The notes under the pieces are model-generated. The model searched no databases, was not told the origin of the DNA, and worked only from the letters and a program-made list of their open reading frames with translations. Both the position numbers and the translations under genes were made by a program. From Orbicella faveolata (lineage: Eukaryota), in contig NW_018149776.1 in the NCBI RefSeq assembly GCF_002042975.1, forward strand, positions 344,855-356,917: a stretch of 12,063 bases of DNA, written 5' to 3'. Shown here in pieces: positions 8,512-12,063 of this stretch. How positions within the stretch are numbered: the first letter of the stretch is position 1; every line of letters begins with the position of its first letter.

Positions 8512-10445
8512 TCGCTGTTTGTTTTCAACGGTCCGTTTGCCGATGACGTGCCCTCGGTCAGGCAAAAATTAATTCATTCGTGGCCCTCCGTGAATAACCT
8601 GACGATTCCGCTAAAAGGAAATGCTTTTCTGCCGCAGGCCGATTTCTTAATTTTTTCTCCGCAATCTGCTGATCCGGCACGATTTTTAAAATCCAAATGA
8701 ATTATTCCGCGTCGTGTCTTTTAAACCTGCCAAATCACCGGTTGTAGGGAAGAACCAAACAGTAGTGAGTTGATCCGGTCGCTCCCCATCCAAGACGCTT
8801 GTCATGAATAAATAAAACCTGCTTCTATTTACAGGAAAAAACCAGCAGTATGCACGGAAGGTTGTTCAAAAGCAGCGTGAAGCCACAAATAGGTGTCGGG
8901 AATTCAAAATTCTCGCCGGTGGAATTTAAATCAAGGGTTGGTTAAAAACGTTCAATCTCCTTCTCGTATCGCTTCTCAGTCAATCACACGAGCTTATGTT
9001 GCCTTGTGTTATCGGCGCGAGGCTTGAAATCAGAATTTTACCGGACGTCTTATTCTGAACATATCTCACAGCGGAAAAATAAAACACTTGTTAGCCCGAC
9101 AATGGACATTTCTGAAAGATGTAAACTATCTCAGTCGTCTTTGTTGCATAAATTTAAAGGTTTACAAGTGAATCAATTATTATTCATGTTTGCTTTTATT
9201 GTATCAAGTTGTCACCGCGAGGGACCCTTGCTTTGTATTGTTTGCGTTGTTTGATAGTCGCGTAAATAAAGAGGAAAAAACCTATTTGATTGGGAAGCTT
9301 TTCTAAAAGCATACCAGACGCTATTTGTAATTTACAAAAAAGAAAAAAAAACACGGTCATTTCAAAATTGTAATTTTAAATACTGTAGTGCTGCTGATAT
9401 TACATCAAGTACACAGCTTTTGGTAAGAAATATGTTTTTTTTGGACTTACTACTTGAAGAGCCGAGGTCGCCCATCTCACATTGGACCTAGAATAAGAAA
9501 TCTGAGAATAAACAAATCCGGCACAAAGCTGAAAAAAATAAAAACACAATGTTCTTGTTATTTTACCGACGATATCGCGTTGCCATCTTTTAAAGCATGT
9601 TAATTATCACTCGAGTTATAAGGGACAGTACAGCACAAAAACTTTGAGCGAATTTGAATTCAAGTTTTTGTGATCGATCGAGGCCTAATTTGGTGAACGT
9701 TGGTAAGGAAATGGTTGACACCAGCGATAAGACGAAACTGAAAGACAATATTATCACATCGGTACATTCTCTGTGGAGCATTTGGCGTATAAACTTTCAG
9801 TTTTTAAAAGCCTTTATTTTTAGGTCTGAAAATACTTACACGTGACCCGATGTGCGTGCCGTACGCGTTTCAACCGAGAACGAGTTTTCTTCAAATCTCG
9901 GCAAACACGAGCCAAACGCAAGGAAACCCACCAGAAGTTGCCGAAAACACACGGGAGGTTCAGGCTAAACAGTTACAAGTAGAACTCGTTGCAAAATTTA
10001 ATCCACGAAATACGAAGGAATATAAATTTTCTCTCCTTGAAATTGTGGAAGGTCTGATTCTGTAAACGTTTTCCCACGCATATTAAGCTTGCAGACTTTG
10101 AAAGTTTCAGAAAAGATATTTGGAGGTGTAAGTCGCATCAAAATGGCGGAGAGAAACAAGAACTGTGTTATTCCTTTACATAGGCAGGTCAACAAAAAAT
10201 AGCTCAGTGACTGCTAAATAATCACCCGAGCAATAACAAATTAATTCTATAAATTTTCCTGTTGGTTTCCTCTGCTGACAAAGTTTGCGAGCGTGAAGTT
10301 CACTATCTGTGTTTCGCGATGATCTTAAAGTTGTCACGCAACGCTTCTCATGTTTGCGTGAAGACGTAACGAAAAGGAATTACAAAACACTGTAATACTT
10401 ATTTGATCTTCTTGAACATAATTTAGAAATAAAGATTAGTCCTTT

Positions 10446-10451
10446 TTTATT
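10446..10451 (-). terminator. AATAAA polyadenylation signal candidate for the 10761..11879 gene, about 310 nt past its stop
   Basis: Plus-strand tttatt is AATAAA on the minus strand. It is the first canonical hexamer downstream of the stop codon. Confidence 0.3.
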
Positions 10452-10760
10452 CTCAGCAGAAGAAGTGTGACTTGAAGACCGACACAAATAAAGTACAAAG
10501 TACAGTATTGGCGCATATTTTATAGCATTGTACCATGATAACAGTCATGAATTTAAATAGAGGGAACTAATCTTGTCCCTTGACATTTTACAAAAGCTTT
10601 CCACCCGAAAAGACGAGACAAAATGTCGGTTTTAAATTGAAAAAAAAAAAATACTACATGCGGTATACCTTTTCCCAGCGGCGATAACACACTTTCAATA
10701 AAAAACCAATTACAAAAGTGGTAATTTGTCGTTAATAAAGTAAATATTGCGTATTTCAGT

Positions 10761-11879
10761 TCATGAGGTTTTCGAGCGTTCACCGCTACTTGCGGAGGTC
10801 AAGCGTAGAGATCTTGCCAACCAAAACACGATGAAAAGATTTCCAGCTAAAACTAACAGAGTCAATCCGACGGTCTCGAAGAAACTTGGAATATCTTCTG
10901 TAGCTAGGACTTCTTTCCTTGCCGCGAGATCCGAAAAGAACACAGAATAGGCAAAGTGATCGCCCACTGTTGTGAACACATGAAGGAAATTGTGACTGTG
11001 CCCGATAAAATCGAACACACCGGGCGCGAATCGCTCGGGTATCCGGGTCGTGTTCACCACTGCGGCGATCGCGAACGACAGGAAGCAGCCTGTGAAGAGA
11101 GGAAGAGAGTCGTGATTGCAAACGGGATCAGAAGAGCAGAAGATAAGTTGGCGGATAATAAAAGGCGAACAGTTGTAGGCCCAAGACACCATGTGGGAAC
11201 CCGTGCGGATAATGAATTTCGCGTGCAGCCAGCGATGGCGAGACCTGCAGCAGGAGTAGTTGGCTCCGAATGAGATCACAGCGGAGACGAATAAGAACAG
11301 TTCACGCCAGTCGTAAAGCAGGAGTCCTGATCCCAGAGGATGGCAGTAAAAGTAAAACGCTTGGCCCGCAGTGAACGTGTACACGCTTATGGCGGCGTAA
11401 TCGAGGTAGTAACCGATGTGGAATTCCCTTTCGGTCATGGAACTGAACATGTGAGCGAGGCAGCTCATGGTGTAAAGCGTGCAGCAGCCTAGAGTGAAGG
11501 ACGTGAGCGGAAAATAAAAATGATCTGTGGACGGATTGTGGTTCCACACCACTGAACAGTAGCGAGCAACCATAAGCACAATGGACAGAACGTGACTCCA
11601 GAAATTCACAGATTCATTGTTGGTGTAGAACATACTCTTTGCACTCTCCGAGGCGGACAGGTTTCGTAGCCGGTATCCGGATACAAGAAACTTCTCCCGG
11701 TAAGCTGTCGGCATTTGATAGTCACGTAACACTCGCGAGTGCCGGTTCGGCGAACCCGCGATGATTTCTTTCACGACGCCATTCTCATTAAGGTTCTTGT
11801 CAAGGTTCAAATCATGCGATTTTAACTCGCCGTTTCGCTCGATGCGTGTCAGTTTATTTCTTGTTAGTTTCCTCGTCAT
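10761..11879 (-). CDS. PAQR-family membrane receptor, mPR-like paralog; single coding exon, 372 aa
   Basis: ATG at 11879..11877 with A at -3; stop TGA at 10761..10763. The motifs match the upstream gene: VSGYRLRN...NNESVNFWSHVLSIVL, MSCLAHMFSSMTE, LDYAAISVYTFTAGQAFYFY, and RIPERFAPGVFDFIGHSHNFLHVF. It is roughly 40-45% identical to the 7311..8462 protein across the membrane core, so the two are diverged tandem paralogs. Confidence 0.8.
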   Translation of the reverse strand: MTRKLTRNKLTRIERNGELKSHDLNLDKNLNENGVVKEIIAGSPNRHSRVLRDYQMPTAYREKFLVSGYRLRNLSASESAKSMFYTNNESVNFWSHVLSIVLMVARYCSVVWNHNPSTDHFYFPLTSFTLGCCTLYTMSCLAHMFSSMTEREFHIGYYLDYAAISVYTFTAGQAFYFYCHPLGSGLLLYDWRELFLFVSAVISFGANYSCCRSRHRWLHAKFIIRTGSHMVSWAYNCSPFIIRQLIFCSSDPVCNHDSLPLFTGCFLSFAIAAVVNTTRIPERFAPGVFDFIGHSHNFLHVFTTVGDHFAYSVFFSDLAARKEVLATEDIPSFFETVGLTLLVLAGNLFIVFWLARSLRLTSASSGERSKTS

Positions 11880-11978
11880 ATTTTACGTCTCTAAAGGCGA
11901 CAAGTGTTTCCAACGAGTCTTTGTGGCTTTCTGAATCGCGTGTATTAAGCCGGCCCACACTGATTAAAAGCCGGCGAA

Positions 11979-11984
11979 TTTATA
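11979..11984 (-). promoter_or_regulatory. TATAAA box about 100 bp upstream of the ATG of the 10761..11879 PAQR gene
   Basis: The minus strand reads cattATAAATtcgcc. Its position is appropriate for a core promoter with a short 5' UTR. A TGACGCAA (CRE/C-EBP-like) motif lies about 35 bp further upstream on the plus strand at roughly 12013..12020. Confidence 0.3.
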
Positions 11985-12063
11985 ATGCAAATTAGAACCT
12001 GTAACTGCCCCTGTGACGCAATCCTCCCACTTAAGGTGGCCGAACACTGTTTTCGCGCGCGCT

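Noticed and set aside
8463-8528. N-terminal 22-aa extension of the 405-aa ORF (MKTNSDFYSFPSRKLRRPETST)
   Set aside because: Codon 8528..8526 is TTG, not ATG. The track evidently allows alternative starts; the minus ORF at 2386 similarly begins with GTG. The first real ATG is at 8462.
9006-10195. Small ORFs in the PAQR intergenic region (9006..9254+, 9590..9781-, 9654..9845+, 9850..10065+, 9998..10195-)
   Set aside because: No splice-site framing and no motif. The region is better explained as the promoter of PAQR gene 1 plus the 3' UTR of gene 2.
10786-11547. ORFs 10786..11121(-), 10956..11273(+), 11302..11547(-) inside PAQR gene 2
   Set aside because: Alternative frames or the antisense strand of the 372-aa PAQR ORF. 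Arg/Ser/His-rich, low-complexity translations typical of out-of-frame reading.
1-12063. Prokaryotic-style systems (CRISPR arrays, operons, defence islands, rRNA/tRNA genes)
   Set aside because: None present. No direct-repeat/spacer periodicity and no Shine-Dalgarno-coupled operon structure. Gene architecture is eukaryotic, with GT-AG introns, polypyrimidine tracts and TATA/CCAAT motifs. No tRNA cloverleaf could be folded from the GC-rich patches examined.

Overview
AT-rich (~60% A+T) eukaryotic nuclear DNA with spliceosomal GT-AG introns; it is not a prokaryotic locus. The window most likely comes from an invertebrate metazoan; the lineage cannot be determined from sequence alone. Three minus-strand genes are supportable. 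(1) Two tandem, single-coding-exon paralogs of the PAQR (progestin and adipoQ receptor / hemolysin-III) family are in the same orientation about 2.3 kb apart: 7311..8462 and 10761..11879. Both have the mPR-like N-terminal signature (SGYR ... NE[TS]xN[VF]WSH[LV]L) and keep every predicted zinc-binding residue of the fold (H in AHxF...SE, D in DYAAI, and HxxxH after PER..GVFD). (2) A multi-exon gene closely resembling vWA-domain-containing 5A (VWA5A) / inter-alpha-trypsin-inhibitor heavy chain (ITIH) proteins lies between about 400 and 3760. At least eight small exons with consensus splice sites can be read. The four from 2216 to 3755 match the vWA core and are phase-consistent, the exon at 2062..2142 is phase-compatible with them, and the remaining three downstream exons are incompletely phased. 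The gene continues beyond the window start. Between these genes lie a striking nested-palindrome element (5790..6075) built around a repeated CAAGATGG core, a small MITE-like element with perfect 16-bp terminal inverted repeats (5065..5295), a (CAA)10 microsatellite, and CCAAT/TATA/E2F-like promoter-type motifs. Most ORFs in the supplied track are alternative-frame, antisense or palindrome artefacts. Several start with TTG/GTG rather than ATG.
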